Part shown: positions 20,326 through 30,773 of the stretch, piece by piece | Layout of the letters: every line of letters begins with the position of its first letter | Position numbering within the stretch: position 1 is the first letter of the stretch | NCBI GenBank assembly: GCA_027339965.1 | Contig: DAHWNL010000051.1 | Location: 1 to 64,000, forward strand | Length of the DNA: 64,000 bases | Direction: 5' to 3' | Origin: Granulicella sp. | Lineage (GTDB): Bacteria; Acidobacteriota; Terriglobia; Terriglobales; Acidobacteriaceae | Position numbers and translations under genes: made by a program | Notes under the pieces: model-generated | What the model was told of the DNA's origin: nothing | The model's input: the letters and a program-made list of their open reading frames with translations, nothing else | Databases searched by the model: none

Positions 20326-20922
20326 CTAGCCGGCTCCCTGGTCCTCGCTCGTCCTCTCCGGGGCATCCTGCATCCCGACCCGGCGAATCACGATCCAAGC
20401 GTACTCGGCAGCCGACATGGGGGCCATCACCGCGATCGTCCACAGCAGCACGGAGCGCAGGTCTTCCATCCCCGGACGCGGAAACACCTCCCAGGTCATT
20501 ACCGTGAGCACACCCAGAATCTGCACCAGCGTATTCACTTTGCCCAGCCTGCTGGGCGGGAAGTTGCGCAGGGTTCCCGTGGCGAACAGCAAAGTGGCGA
20601 TCAGCAAGATACCTGCGTCCCGGCTGAGCACCAGCACCGTCACAAAGCGAGGAATGACCCCCACATGGGTCAGCACCACAAACAGAGTGCTCAGCAGCAG
20701 TTTGTCCGCAATCGGATCCAGATACTGCCCCAGCGTGGTCCGTTGCTGGAGCTTCCGGGCCAGAAGACCGTCCAGGCCATCGCTCACCCCGGCTACCCAG
20801 AGCAGGCCAAAGGCCAGGCCCCAGTGCCGGTAAAGGATCGCAATCACAAGAAAAGGCAGGACAAACAGCCGCAGCATCGTCAGCAGGTTGGGAGTGGATC
20901 GGAATTGTTGAAGCGCGGTCAC
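20326..20922 (-). CDS. CDP-alcohol phosphatidyltransferase (PgsA/cardiolipin synthase-like)
   Basis: PNLLTMLR, DGLDGLLAR..G..LDPIADK motif. Confidence 0.93.
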   Translation of the reverse strand: MTALQQFRSTPNLLTMLRLFVLPFLVIAILYRHWGLAFGLLWVAGVSDGLDGLLARKLQQRTTLGQYLDPIADKLLLSTLFVVLTHVGVIPRFVTVLVLSRDAGILLIATLLFATGTLRNFPPSRLGKVNTLVQILGVLTVMTWEVFPRPGMEDLRSVLLWTIAVMAPMSAAEYAWIVIRRVGMQDAPERTSEDQGAG

Positions 20923-21007
20923 AGACGAGGCAAAGCCGGCGGAACGTCTCGTTCCTTGGTGATGCCATGGTAGACGATTTGAGGGTGCGAATATCGCGGC
21001 AATCTAC

Positions 21008-21049
21008 GACCAATCTGGTCTTGCATCTGGGCAGACGAAACCGTACACT
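21008..21049 (+). promoter_or_regulatory. Sigma70 promoter of iscR with putative IscR operator
   Basis: TTGCAT-N17-TACACT (21021-21049), immediately preceded by GACCA-ATC-TGGTC palindrome (21008-21020). Confidence 0.65.
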
Positions 21050-21102
21050 GAGCACAGCGCAATGCTGCGCGGCCGCTCCCACCGCCCCTGCGCGACCTAT
21101 CC

Positions 21103-21591
21103 ATGCTCAGGCTCACCAAAAAAGCAGATTACGGCCTGATGGCCCTGAAGTACCTCGGCGAACAGGCTGATCTGGCTGCGCGCGCCGGCTCGGAGGTGCA
21201 TCTGACGGGAGCGCGCTCCGCAAAGGACATTGCCGAGGCCTATCACATCCCGCCCCAGTTGCTGGCCAAGATTCTCCAGACCCTGACCCGAGCCGGCCTG
21301 CTCGTCTCCCACGCAGGCACCAATGGAGGCTATGCGCTGGCCCGGCCTGCCTCCAGCATCTCCACCTTCGAGGTCATCCGCGCCATTGATGGCCCGCTGT
21401 TTATCACCAGTTGCATCACCATTCACGGGCCCTGCGACTTGGCAGGGCACTGCACCATCAAAGAACCGTTGCGCAAAGTGAATGAGAGCATCACCCGCCT
21501 GCTCTCGGACATCAGCGTCTCGGATCTGATCGAACCAGCAGATCAGCTGCCCGCGCCGATGGCGGGCGGACTGGTAACGATCGGGCGATAG
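21103..21591 (+). CDS. iscR: Rrf2-family transcription regulator, IscR-like
   Basis: [19 protein letters not shown], three Cys ([15 protein letters not shown]); heads the isc operon. Confidence 0.85.
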   Translation: MLRLTKKADYGLMALKYLGEQADLAARAGSEVHLTGARSAKDIAEAYHIPPQLLAKILQTLTRAGLLVSHAGTNGGYALARPASSISTFEVIRAIDGPLFITSCITIHGPCDLAGHCTIKEPLRKVNESITRLLSDISVSDLIEPADQLPAPMAGGLVTIGR

Positions 21592-21823
21592 GCGGGTGAA
21601 TTCATCGGCTGTCCGGCGCTTTTCGCATCCGACGGCCGCACAGAAGACTCTGCCGGAACCAAACAGGGAAGAGACCCCCATCGGCTCCGGCGGAGACGGT
21701 TTGGACCGACAGGAGAAAAGCTGCCAGAGCATCGGAGCAGAGCAGCATCAACGCAGGACAGGATCGAGCGAGCAGAACCGCAACCACACGCGCTTCCAAC
21801 GCGACCCTTCAGGAGCGAACACC

Positions 21824-23095
21824 ATGGCTGAAACCATCGGAATGAACATCACCCAGTCCAACCACCCCCTCCCCGGCGGCGTCCGGCTGCCTATCTACAT
21901 GGACAACCACGCCACCACCCCGCTGGATCCGCGCGTCCTGGAGGCCATGATGCCGTACCTGACCAACATCTACGGCAACGCGGCCAGCCGCAACCACTCC
22001 TTTGGCTGGGAGGCCGAGCAGGGGGTGGAGAAGGCTCGCGAACAGATTGCCCGTCTGATCGGCGCTACGGCCAAGGAGATCGTCTTTACCTCCGGGGCCA
22101 CCGAGAGCACCAATCTGGCCATCAAGGGCGTCGCCGAAATGTACCGCGAGCGCGGCAACCACATTATCACCCAAGTGACCGAACACAAGGCCACCCTGGA
22201 CACCTGTAAGCGCCTGGAAAAGTCCGGATTTCGCGTCACCTTCCTGCCGGTGATGGCCGATGGTCTGATCGACATGGAAGACCTGAAGCGAGCCATCGAC
22301 GGCCAGACCATTCTGGTCTCGATCATGTACGCCAACAACGAAATCGGCGTCATCCAGCCGATCCAGGAGATCGGCAAGCTTTGTCATGAGAAGGGCATTT
22401 TGTTTCACTGCGACGCCGTCCAGGCGGTGGGCAAGATTCCGGTCAACGTGCTGAGCGACAACATCGACCTGATGAGCATCTCCGGCCACAAGATCTACGG
22501 GCCAAAGGGAGTGGGGGCGCTGTACGTCCGCCGCCGCAACCCGCGTGTGCAACTAGCAGAGCAGATCAACGGGGGCGGCCACGAGCGTGGCATGCGCTCC
22601 GGCACCCTGAACGTCCCCGGCATCGTCGGCATGGGCAAGGCCTGCGAGATCTGCATGCAGGAGATGGAGACGGAAGCGCGGCGCGATCAGGAGCTTCGGG
22701 ATCATCTGATGAATCGGCTGCAGAACACGCTGGACTACGTCCGGGTAAACGGCAACATGGAGCACCACCTGCCTGGCAATCTGAATATGAGCTTCATCTA
22801 TGTAGAGGGCGAGAGCCTGCTGATGGGCATCAATGACGTGGCCGTCAGCTCCGGTTCGGCCTGCACCTCAGCCACGCTGGAGCCCAGCTACGTGCTCAAG
22901 GCCCTGGGCCTGGGCGACGATGTGGCCCATAGCTCCATCCGCTTCGGCATTGGCCGCTTCAACACCCGGGCGGAAGTGGACTACGTGGCGGACAAGATCA
23001 TCGAGGTGGTCCAGAAGCTCCGCGAGCTCAGCCCGCTCTACGAGATGGTCAAGGAAGGCATCGATCTCTCCAAGATTGAGTGGGCCGCGCACTAG
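21824..23095 (+). CDS. iscS: Cysteine desulfurase
   Basis: [34 protein letters not shown]-terminus; AGGAG SD. Confidence 0.96.
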   Translation: MAETIGMNITQSNHPLPGGVRLPIYMDNHATTPLDPRVLEAMMPYLTNIYGNAASRNHSFGWEAEQGVEKAREQIARLIGATAKEIVFTSGATESTNLAIKGVAEMYRERGNHIITQVTEHKATLDTCKRLEKSGFRVTFLPVMADGLIDMEDLKRAIDGQTILVSIMYANNEIGVIQPIQEIGKLCHEKGILFHCDAVQAVGKIPVNVLSDNIDLMSISGHKIYGPKGVGALYVRRRNPRVQLAEQINGGGHERGMRSGTLNVPGIVGMGKACEICMQEMETEARRDQELRDHLMNRLQNTLDYVRVNGNMEHHLPGNLNMSFIYVEGESLLMGINDVAVSSGSACTSATLEPSYVLKALGLGDDVAHSSIRFGIGRFNTRAEVDYVADKIIEVVQKLRELSPLYEMVKEGIDLSKIEWAAH

Positions 23096-23199
23096 GAGCC
23101 TGGAACCGAGCCTGGAAGCTGCGGGGCGCCAAACTGCGTGGTTTCCCGCCCTTCCATAGACCGTGAGGAAAGAAAACTTCCTGCTGATTTTTCTTCCCG

Positions 23200-23223
23200 C
23201 ACCAAAATAGTCCGAGTTATAAT
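23200..23223 (+). promoter_or_regulatory. Internal iscU promoter (-10) with second IscR-like site
   Basis: Perfect TATAAT at 23218-23223; CACCA-AAA-TAGTC at 23200-23212. Confidence 0.5.
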
Positions 23224-23295
23224 CTAACCAGACAAGATGGAGGCTGGGCGCGGTTTGCACGGCCGCGCCCGCCTCACCGGAGAGGGACACCCACT

Positions 23296-23715
23296 ATGTC
23301 ATACAGCGAAAAGGTAGTCGATCATTACGAGCACCCCCGCAACGTCGGCACGCTAGACAAGAACTCTTCTGAGGTTGGGACCGGCCTTGTAGGCGCCCCG
23401 GAGTGCGGAGATGTGATGCGTCTCCAGATCAAGGTGAATCCGGAGACTCAGATCATCGAGGACGCCAAGTTCAAGACCTTCGGCTGCGGCTCAGCCATCG
23501 CCTCCAGTTCTCTGGCTACCGAGTGGGTGAAGGGCAAGACGGTGAATGAAGCCCTCACCATCTCGAATACCGATATCGTCAAGGAGCTCTCCCTGCCGCC
23601 GGTGAAGATTCATTGCTCGGTTCTGGCCGAAGATGCGATCCGTGCCGCCATCGGCGACTGGAAGGCCAAGAACGGCGTCGCCAGCGAGGCTGTGGCGGCG
23701 ATCGCGGCAGGATAA
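23296..23715 (+). CDS. iscU: Fe-S cluster scaffold IscU
   Basis: GAPECGD, GCGSAIAS, LPPVKIHC. Confidence 0.96.
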   Translation: MSYSEKVVDHYEHPRNVGTLDKNSSEVGTGLVGAPECGDVMRLQIKVNPETQIIEDAKFKTFGCGSAIASSSLATEWVKGKTVNEALTISNTDIVKELSLPPVKIHCSVLAEDAIRAAIGDWKAKNGVASEAVAAIAAG

Positions 23716-23983
23716 GGAACCAAGACCCCGAAGGCAGTCGGAAGCGCAAGACACCGGACGACGGTTCCGGGCTCATCGACGCTGGAAGCCAACGGACGCC
23801 TGGGTTGGGCGCGAAGAATTTCGACCTCCCCTTCTCCCAAGGAACCCACCCGGGATCCCAGCGACCATCGTGGGTGGGAGATGCGCCAAGGGCGTCCGAT
23901 CCGGCCTGCGGTCGAATCGGACGCCCTCCCCGATCCACTCGGCGCTGGAAGAAACCTGGCGCCGCAGACCTTGAGATCTCACC

Positions 23984-24481
23984 ATGTCCACCGTCTCCAT
24001 CTCAACCACGACCAGCCGGTCCATGACGGCGGCTGAAGAGGCAAAGCCCAAAGATCCCTTTGCCGGAATGACGCTGCTCACCCCAGAGGGCCAGGAGCCC
24101 CGATCCCGAACCTCCATCGAGATCACCAGAAACGCCCTCAAGCGCATTCGCGTTGCCATGGGCAAGGAGGGCATCTCCCCCGACCAAGGGGGGCTGCGCC
24201 TGGGGGTGCAGGGCGGCGGTTGCAGCGGCTTAAGCTACAACATCCGTTTTGACACCCAGCCCCGAGAGCGCGACCGAGTCTTCAGCTTTGGCGCCGGAGT
24301 CGAGACACCCAACGATCCCTCGGGCGCAAAGCCGGTGCGCATTTTTGTCGATCCCAAGAGCTTTCTCTACCTGGCCGGCATGGTCCTGGACTTTGAGGAG
24401 ACCTTGATCCGGCAGGGCTTCAACTTTATCAATCCCAACTCAACCAAGAGCTGTGGCTGTGGCTCGTCGTTCTCTGCATAG
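23984..24481 (+). CDS. iscA: A-type Fe-S carrier (IscA/HesB)
   Basis: GGGCSGLSY and NPN..CGCGSSF. Confidence 0.93.
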   Translation: MSTVSISTTTSRSMTAAEEAKPKDPFAGMTLLTPEGQEPRSRTSIEITRNALKRIRVAMGKEGISPDQGGLRLGVQGGGCSGLSYNIRFDTQPRERDRVFSFGAGVETPNDPSGAKPVRIFVDPKSFLYLAGMVLDFEETLIRQGFNFINPNSTKSCGCGSSFSA

Positions 24482-24687
24482 CTTCCCCAGCCTCGGCGCG
24501 GAATGAGCCCACGCCGCGCGGCTTTGCGTTCTCATCCCGCCCCCGCGTGGTCGGACGAGCAGCTCCGGCGGGCTGGAGGCGGTTTGGTGAGCCGGTCTGG
24601 GTTCGAGCGTAGCCCTCATCCGCGACCAAGTGCCGGTCGGTGACGCGCGTGCCCGTCCTTGTCGCGGATTGCTTGCCTGCCCTCACC

Positions 24688-25497
24688 TCACCCGGCCAGC
24701 ACCGCGCCTCCGTTCACATTGAAGATCTCTCCAGAGACAAATCCCGCCCAGGGCGTGCAGAGAAAGACCACCGGACCCGCAATCTCTTCCGGCTCGGCGG
24801 CCCTGCCGAGTGGAATCAGGCGCAGTGCTTTCTCGGCAGCCTGCGGATCTCCAAGAGTCGCCGCGGACATCTCGGTCCGCACCCATCCCGGGGCTACGCA
24901 GTTGCAAAGAATTCCCTGGGGCGCCAGCTCGCTGGAGAGGCTTTTGGTCAAAGACAGCAGGGCTCCCTTGCTGGCCGCGTAGTCCGCGTGAAACGCCTCG
25001 CCTCGCTGGGCTGCCGTGGAGGCTATCAGCACCAGATGTCCGCGCACGCCTTCCGGAGACCTGGGCTGATCCAGCATCTGCTGTACCCCGGCCTGCACCA
25101 ACCCAAACACGCTGTCCAGATTCACTCCCAGAGTGGTTCGCCACTGTTGCGCCGACATGCCGGCCACGGGCTGATCGTGGGCCGGCCAGATTCCATGGTT
25201 GATGACCAGGCAGTCCAGCCGTCCAAAGACGGATACGGCAGTGGCCACCAAAGCCGTTCCATCCTCCACGGAGCTCAACTCCTGGGGCAACGCCCGGCAG
25301 ACGCTCTCCCCTCCGCAGGTCTGCGCCAGCGCCTCGGCCTGCTCGCGCGCCCGGCGATAGCTGAAAACCACTCGCGCCCCAGCCTGCCGGAACAGACGAA
25401 CCGTTGCAGCGCCAATTCCCCGCGATCCTCCTGTCACCAGGACCACCCGGCCCTGCAACGAGAAAGAGAGTCCGCCCCCCTGCGCTGAAATGTCCAT
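24688..25497 (-). CDS. Short-chain dehydrogenase/reductase (FabG-like)
   Basis: TGGSRGIG, YAASK, VAPGWV, NVNGG. Confidence 0.92.
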   Translation of the reverse strand: MDISAQGGGLSFSLQGRVVLVTGGSRGIGAATVRLFRQAGARVVFSYRRAREQAEALAQTCGGESVCRALPQELSSVEDGTALVATAVSVFGRLDCLVINHGIWPAHDQPVAGMSAQQWRTTLGVNLDSVFGLVQAGVQQMLDQPRSPEGVRGHLVLIASTAAQRGEAFHADYAASKGALLSLTKSLSSELAPQGILCNCVAPGWVRTEMSAATLGDPQAAEKALRLIPLGRAAEPEEIAGPVVFLCTPWAGFVSGEIFNVNGGAVLAG

Positions 25498-25736
25498 AGC
25501 GATGTTGTAGCAGTTCCGCAGCCGCTGGATCCAACGCTCAGACCTCCGTCGATTTCTGGTCGTCGATTTCCGGTCGCGGACAAACGAGCCACCCCCGAAC
25601 CGCACCCGAAGCAACGACCGCCCAACCAGAGAGAGAACCCGGCCAGATCCGCCGAAGCCGGATCGTCCTCTTCGCTACGTCTCTGCCGGGCAGGATCACT
25701 CTCCACGCCGCACCTCTGGGTGATAGGCTGGCGAGA

Positions 25737-27827
25737 ATGACGACCTCTGCCTGCCCCTGCCGCATCTCCTTGCCGACAACTCCTTGCAGCCTGCTGCTTC
25801 TGACAGCTCTCTCCGCTACTCTCGGTCTGCCTCTGCCGGCTCAGGCGGCCAGCCAGAGGCCGGCAGCTCGGCAGGGCGCTCCGATGGTGCAGTTTGGCAA
25901 CGTCTCGCTCTCGCCCGACGGCCAGACCGTGGCCTGGACAACGCGCGGGCCCGACGCCTCCACCGTTCACCTCGCCCAGGTCTCCACCCCCGCATCCACC
26001 CCCGCATCCACGGAGACAATTTCGATCCCGGGAGCCGCCGATTGCAGCAGCAGCGACCCCACCTGGGCGCCGGATGGAGAGACGCTGGCCTTCCTTTCCA
26101 CCTGCGCCAATCCCAGTGGGCAGCAGGGCCAAGCCAACAGCAACGCAGCCCGGCTTGCCCAGGAGCAGGTCTTCCTGTGGTCCAGATCCACCCACCAGGT
26201 CACTCAACTCACCCACGTGGTGGGGGAGCTACAAGAGCTCGCCTGGAGCCCGAGAGGCCATACCCTCTCCTTCCTCTTTGTTCAAAACGCCACTCGCCAC
26301 GCCGGAGCGCTGGATGCCATGCCACCCTGGAATGGGGTGATCGGCGATGAGGGCGTAGAGATTCAGCGGATCTACTCTGTGGACGCCAAGACCGGAGCGG
26401 GCCGATTCCTCTCCCCCGCCGGCCTGCATGTCTATGAATTTGACTATGCCCCAGACGGGCATCATGTAGCCTACATCGCCGCCAATCCTCCGGGAGAGAA
26501 TAACTGGTGGACGGCGAAGCTCTACGTCCAACCGATCTTGAGCGGCGCGCCGAAGGTCGTCCTGGATCCCGCCACCGTCTCCGGATCGCTGCATGGTTTG
26601 CAGATCGCGGTGCCGCGCTACTCCCCGGACGGCAAAAACATCGCCTTCATCGGCGGGCTGATGAGTGACCAGGGTTCAACCGGCGGCGACGTCTACGTCA
26701 TCCCCAGCAAGCCTGGCTCGGCCGCCAACGAAGCGCCAGTGGACGTCACGGCGAACATCGACGGCACTCCTTGCTTTGAGGGCTGGCTGAACCGCCGGGT
26801 GATCGGCTTTGTCGAGGACCGCCGCGGCCACCTTCTGCTCTCCAGCTACAGTATGGACAGCCGGAAGCCTGCTGGCGCTGCGCACGACCTGGGCACGGTC
26901 TCCATCTCCGGAGGGACTATCAAGGACGCGGCCTGGACAAGATTGGCCAGTGGCATGGCGTTTGTGAAGCGGGGACCGGCGCTGCCGCCGGAGATCTGGG
27001 CCGGCCCTTGGGACAATGTTCAACAGGTGACACGTCTCAACCAGAACATCAAACTGAACCCGCCCCGGTTTGAATCCATTGAATGGACCAACGAGAGCTT
27101 CAGTGTCCAGGGTTGGCTCACCTTTCCCAAGAACTACGACCCGGCCAAAAAGTATCCGCTCATCGTCGAAGTCCACGGCGGCCCCTCCGCCTCCGCCGGC
27201 CCCCGGCCCGAAACCATGTGGTCGGAGCAGGGCTACTTCGTGCTGGCACCCAACCCGCGCGGCTCCTTCGGGCAAGGAGAGAAGTTCGTCCAGGCCAACC
27301 GCAAGGACTTCGGCTACGGTGACCTGCGCGACATCCTCAAGGGAATGGATACCATCGAGTCCAGGTACCCCATCGACAAACAGCGTGAAGGGATCACCGG
27401 ATGGAGCTACGGCGGCTTTATGACCATGTTCGCCGTCACCCAGACTCATCGCTTCCGCGCCGCTGTGGCCGGAGCCGGCCTCTCTGACTGGCTCTCTTAC
27501 TACGGGGAAAACTCCATTGACCAGTGGATGATTCCGTTCTTCGGAGCCAGTGTTTACGACGATCCGGCGGTCTATGCCAAGTCCTCCGCCATCAACTACG
27601 TCAAGAACGTCAAAACCCCCACGCTGGTGGTGGTGGGTGATCGCGACGGGGAGTGCCCGGCGCCCCAGTCCTTCGAGTTCTGGCACGCCCTGCGCGATCT
27701 GGGCGTCAAGACGGAGTTGGTGGTCTACCCCGACGAAGGCCACGCCTTCCGCAACCCGGCCCATATCCGCGACGTCGCGGAGCGGTCGATCGCGTGGTTC
27801 GCAACCAACATGCAGGCTCAACCCTGA
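25737..27827 (+). CDS. S9-family peptidase (beta-propeller plus alpha/beta hydrolase), secreted
   Basis: PD40-like SPDG repeats, HGGP, GWSYGG nucleophile, D (DGEC) and H (EGH) triad residues. Confidence 0.93.
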   Translation: MTTSACPCRISLPTTPCSLLLLTALSATLGLPLPAQAASQRPAARQGAPMVQFGNVSLSPDGQTVAWTTRGPDASTVHLAQVSTPASTPASTETISIPGAADCSSSDPTWAPDGETLAFLSTCANPSGQQGQANSNAARLAQEQVFLWSRSTHQVTQLTHVVGELQELAWSPRGHTLSFLFVQNATRHAGALDAMPPWNGVIGDEGVEIQRIYSVDAKTGAGRFLSPAGLHVYEFDYAPDGHHVAYIAANPPGENNWWTAKLYVQPILSGAPKVVLDPATVSGSLHGLQIAVPRYSPDGKNIAFIGGLMSDQGSTGGDVYVIPSKPGSAANEAPVDVTANIDGTPCFEGWLNRRVIGFVEDRRGHLLLSSYSMDSRKPAGAAHDLGTVSISGGTIKDAAWTRLASGMAFVKRGPALPPEIWAGPWDNVQQVTRLNQNIKLNPPRFESIEWTNESFSVQGWLTFPKNYDPAKKYPLIVEVHGGPSASAGPRPETMWSEQGYFVLAPNPRGSFGQGEKFVQANRKDFGYGDLRDILKGMDTIESRYPIDKQREGITGWSYGGFMTMFAVTQTHRFRAAVAGAGLSDWLSYYGENSIDQWMIPFFGASVYDDPAVYAKSSAINYVKNVKTPTLVVVGDRDGECPAPQSFEFWHALRDLGVKTELVVYPDEGHAFRNPAHIRDVAERSIAWFATNMQAQP

Positions 27828-28134
27828 GGTTGCCGGCCGAACCGGCTCCGGTGGTCCGGGCCTGGCCTCCCGGCCTGCCGCACCGGACGCCCTCTGAAGG
27901 GACGGGGACACCCGCCGCTTCCTGCCCGGGACAGAGCCGGGACGACCCTGGCTGCTGTTGATCCAGCGTCTTCTTCGGCCCTGATCGTTGCAGAAATCTC
28001 CCTCGGTTGGAGGTTTTCCTGCGCTCCCGATTTGCTACAGGACCGTCGAACCTTTAAACTGGAAGCTCGAAAGTTATCTTCAGTTGACGGTATGACCGTT
28101 CAGCTTTCGTTCTGGTTGAACGGGGAGGTCCTTA

Positions 28135-30645
28135 GTGCGGTTGTTTCTTTCGAAAAAGGTGCGTCGTTTCAGCGGTCTCGCAGCTCTGCTCCTCCTTACG
28201 CTTCCCCTGGGCCTGTCCGTGACTGGCTGTGCTCATCACTCAGCCCCCTTGGTGTACTGCAATGCGGGCGACTCCGGTCCAGTCGTAGGCCAGGTGGCTT
28301 ACATCGTGTTAGAGGGGACGACCCTGGCGACGACCGGAGAGAGCCTGAACTACGCCGAGATGGGCGTGACGCTATCGGCGACGGCCTACGATTGTCATCA
28401 CAATTCGGTTTCGGTCAAAGCCTTTACCTACGGCAGCACCAGCAGCTTTGAGAATAACGTCAACGGCGGCCCGATCTTCGCCGACATCAACCCCTCCAAC
28501 GGCCAGGTCTGCGGTGGAACCTGGAACCGCTTCACTGGTGGTGGAATTGCGGATTACACCATTTGCACTCCTCCCAGCCCTTTGCCCACCCAGCATGTGG
28601 CGCAAGTAACGGCAGAAGCTGACGGAGTGGTCAGCAACGCGATTGATGTTTACGTCCATCCTGTGGTCACGGGGGTGGTGCTTGGCCCAGCCTCAAAATC
28701 CTGCGCCGCCGGCACAGATCAAGGCAGCGACTGCTGTCCCAATGATACGGTGGGCACGCCCGTGCCGACCCCGGCCGGAGTGGTGGACGGCAGCAAATGT
28801 ATCTCACAGAATCAGGTAGGCCAACTGGTCGCCCGGGTCTACGATAACGGCGGCACAACCGGAAGCGCGGCTGACAACATCACCTGCCAGGTGGGCCACC
28901 TCACCTTTGGCGCCCAGACCTCCGGCATCGTCTCCATCGATCAGAATGGAGCGGCGACGGCGCAGATGCCGGGTTCAACCGTCATCACTGCCACCATTGC
29001 CAACTCCGCCACAGCCAATAACGCCGGCATCTTCGCCACCTGCCCGCCCGCATCGATCACGCTCGAGAATCCTGACAATCCCTCCTCCTCCACCGTCAAC
29101 GTTCCAATCTTGACCGAACAGCCGCTAGACACAAGAGTTCTGGACACCAACGGAAACGTCATTACCGGCCTTAGCCTGGAGTTCAACTCCACCAACCTGC
29201 AGGCCATTCCGACTGCAGCCGGCGGCTCAGTCACCCCGCAGTTTCCGGGCTCAGTGAACGTTACTGCGGTATGCCAGCCCTCCTCATGCAACCCTGCTCC
29301 TTTCAGCCAGCTTGGGCTGTATGGAACCGGCAAGGCCATCACCTCCAATCCCATCACGGTGGTCGCTTCCGGCACTAGCAGCACCGTGGTCTACATGGGC
29401 AGCACAGCTTCGCAGTTCGTCGCCTTCCGGGACTTCACTACCAACGAGACCAGTTCGCTCATCGATCTGCCCTTTGTGCCAAACTCCATGGTGATGAACC
29501 TGGCTGGCACGGAGATTTATTTGGGCAGCCAGGAAGGTTTGATGACCATCGCGACGTCCAGCAACAGCGTCTCGCCGGCCGACCAGAACATCCAGGGTGA
29601 GGTTCTCTCCGTATCGCCCGATGGAAGCATGCTGGTGGTAACGGATCCTCCTCTGCAGACCATCTCTTTGATTTCGACCTCCACGATGGCGGTGATCAGC
29701 AGCTACACCGGCGTCGGCACCAGCGCCTCATGGTCCATCGACAACCAGGCGGTTTACGTCACCACCACCACCAACCAGGTTCTGACGTACTCGAAGTACA
29801 CTGACTGGCAAGTAGCTTCCGCCGACGAGATCTACTCAGCCACCACTGTAACCGTACCTGGCATCGGGGCGTTCTTTGCCGGGCCGACCACCACGGAAGC
29901 ACGCAGCTACTGCCCATCCACCACCATTTCCTCCGCCGCACTGCCACCGACCACGGCCAACTCCTTCATCCCGCTGGTCTCGACGAACCCTGTGGCCACC
30001 GACCAGCTCGTCGCCACCAATAACGGGACGCACATTGTCGGCGCCCACGCCAATGGCACTTCCTCCACCCTCACAGACATCGATGTGACGCTGCCTCTAC
30101 CACCCACCAACCCCACCTCTGGAGTCAACTACGGTTGCCCGATTCCACCAGCGGCTCAGCCTTCCACCACCTACTTTCCGACCACCGTCAACGGACCGTT
30201 ACCGCTCAGCGGCATCAACGCTGCCAGCATCACCGGACTCCAGGCCTCCACCAACTCTGAAGCAGTCTTCGTCAACTACACCCTCCCAACGACCGCAAAA
30301 ACCGGAGCCGGCATTCTGCCTCTCTACCTGCCTCCGGCCACCGGCACTGGGCCTGGGACGCTCAATCTCCTTACCCTGAGCAATGGAGCCTCCGCCTCAT
30401 CGGCCCCCGAATCCGGGGTCTTCAGCACGGATAACTTCACCTACTACGTGGGCACGGGCTCCAGCGATGGACTCTCAGCCGACAATGATGTCCATGAGAT
30501 TACCCTGACCTACCCGGCCGGCGGTCCACCGACGGCGGTTGAAAAACCCGGAGCAATCATCAGCCCCCAACTCCCCCTGGAGAACGGATCCGGATATGCT
30601 CCCGTCAACCTCATCGCGCAGTACCCGAAGAAGACACTCAACTAA
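28135..30645 (+). CDS. Large Ser/Thr-rich lipoprotein of unknown function (Ig-like plus propeller-like regions)
   Basis: Lipobox SVTGC, GGGGAGG SD, 836-aa ORF, terminator downstream. Confidence 0.8.
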   Translation: MRLFLSKKVRRFSGLAALLLLTLPLGLSVTGCAHHSAPLVYCNAGDSGPVVGQVAYIVLEGTTLATTGESLNYAEMGVTLSATAYDCHHNSVSVKAFTYGSTSSFENNVNGGPIFADINPSNGQVCGGTWNRFTGGGIADYTICTPPSPLPTQHVAQVTAEADGVVSNAIDVYVHPVVTGVVLGPASKSCAAGTDQGSDCCPNDTVGTPVPTPAGVVDGSKCISQNQVGQLVARVYDNGGTTGSAADNITCQVGHLTFGAQTSGIVSIDQNGAATAQMPGSTVITATIANSATANNAGIFATCPPASITLENPDNPSSSTVNVPILTEQPLDTRVLDTNGNVITGLSLEFNSTNLQAIPTAAGGSVTPQFPGSVNVTAVCQPSSCNPAPFSQLGLYGTGKAITSNPITVVASGTSSTVVYMGSTASQFVAFRDFTTNETSSLIDLPFVPNSMVMNLAGTEIYLGSQEGLMTIATSSNSVSPADQNIQGEVLSVSPDGSMLVVTDPPLQTISLISTSTMAVISSYTGVGTSASWSIDNQAVYVTTTTNQVLTYSKYTDWQVASADEIYSATTVTVPGIGAFFAGPTTTEARSYCPSTTISSAALPPTTANSFIPLVSTNPVATDQLVATNNGTHIVGAHANGTSSTLTDIDVTLPLPPTNPTSGVNYGCPIPPAAQPSTTYFPTTVNGPLPLSGINAASITGLQASTNSEAVFVNYTLPTTAKTGAGILPLYLPPATGTGPGTLNLLTLSNGASASSAPESGVFSTDNFTYYVGTGSSDGLSADNDVHEITLTYPAGGPPTAVEKPGAIISPQLPLENGSGYAPVNLIAQYPKKTLN

Positions 30646-30662
30646 CCGTCGAGAAATGCAAC

Positions 30663-30696
30663 GCGCCGAAGCTGACTGCTTCGGCGCACTTTTCTT
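30663..30696 (+). terminator. Rho-independent terminator
   Basis: GCGCCGAAGC-N5-GCTTCGGCGC stem followed by ACTTTTCTT. Confidence 0.8.
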
Positions 30697-30773
30697 GTCT
30701 GCTGCAACGCAGGGCATTTGATCCCGTTGACTATCGGACGAGCCGGATCAGCATCCGTCTGGCCTGAGACGGC

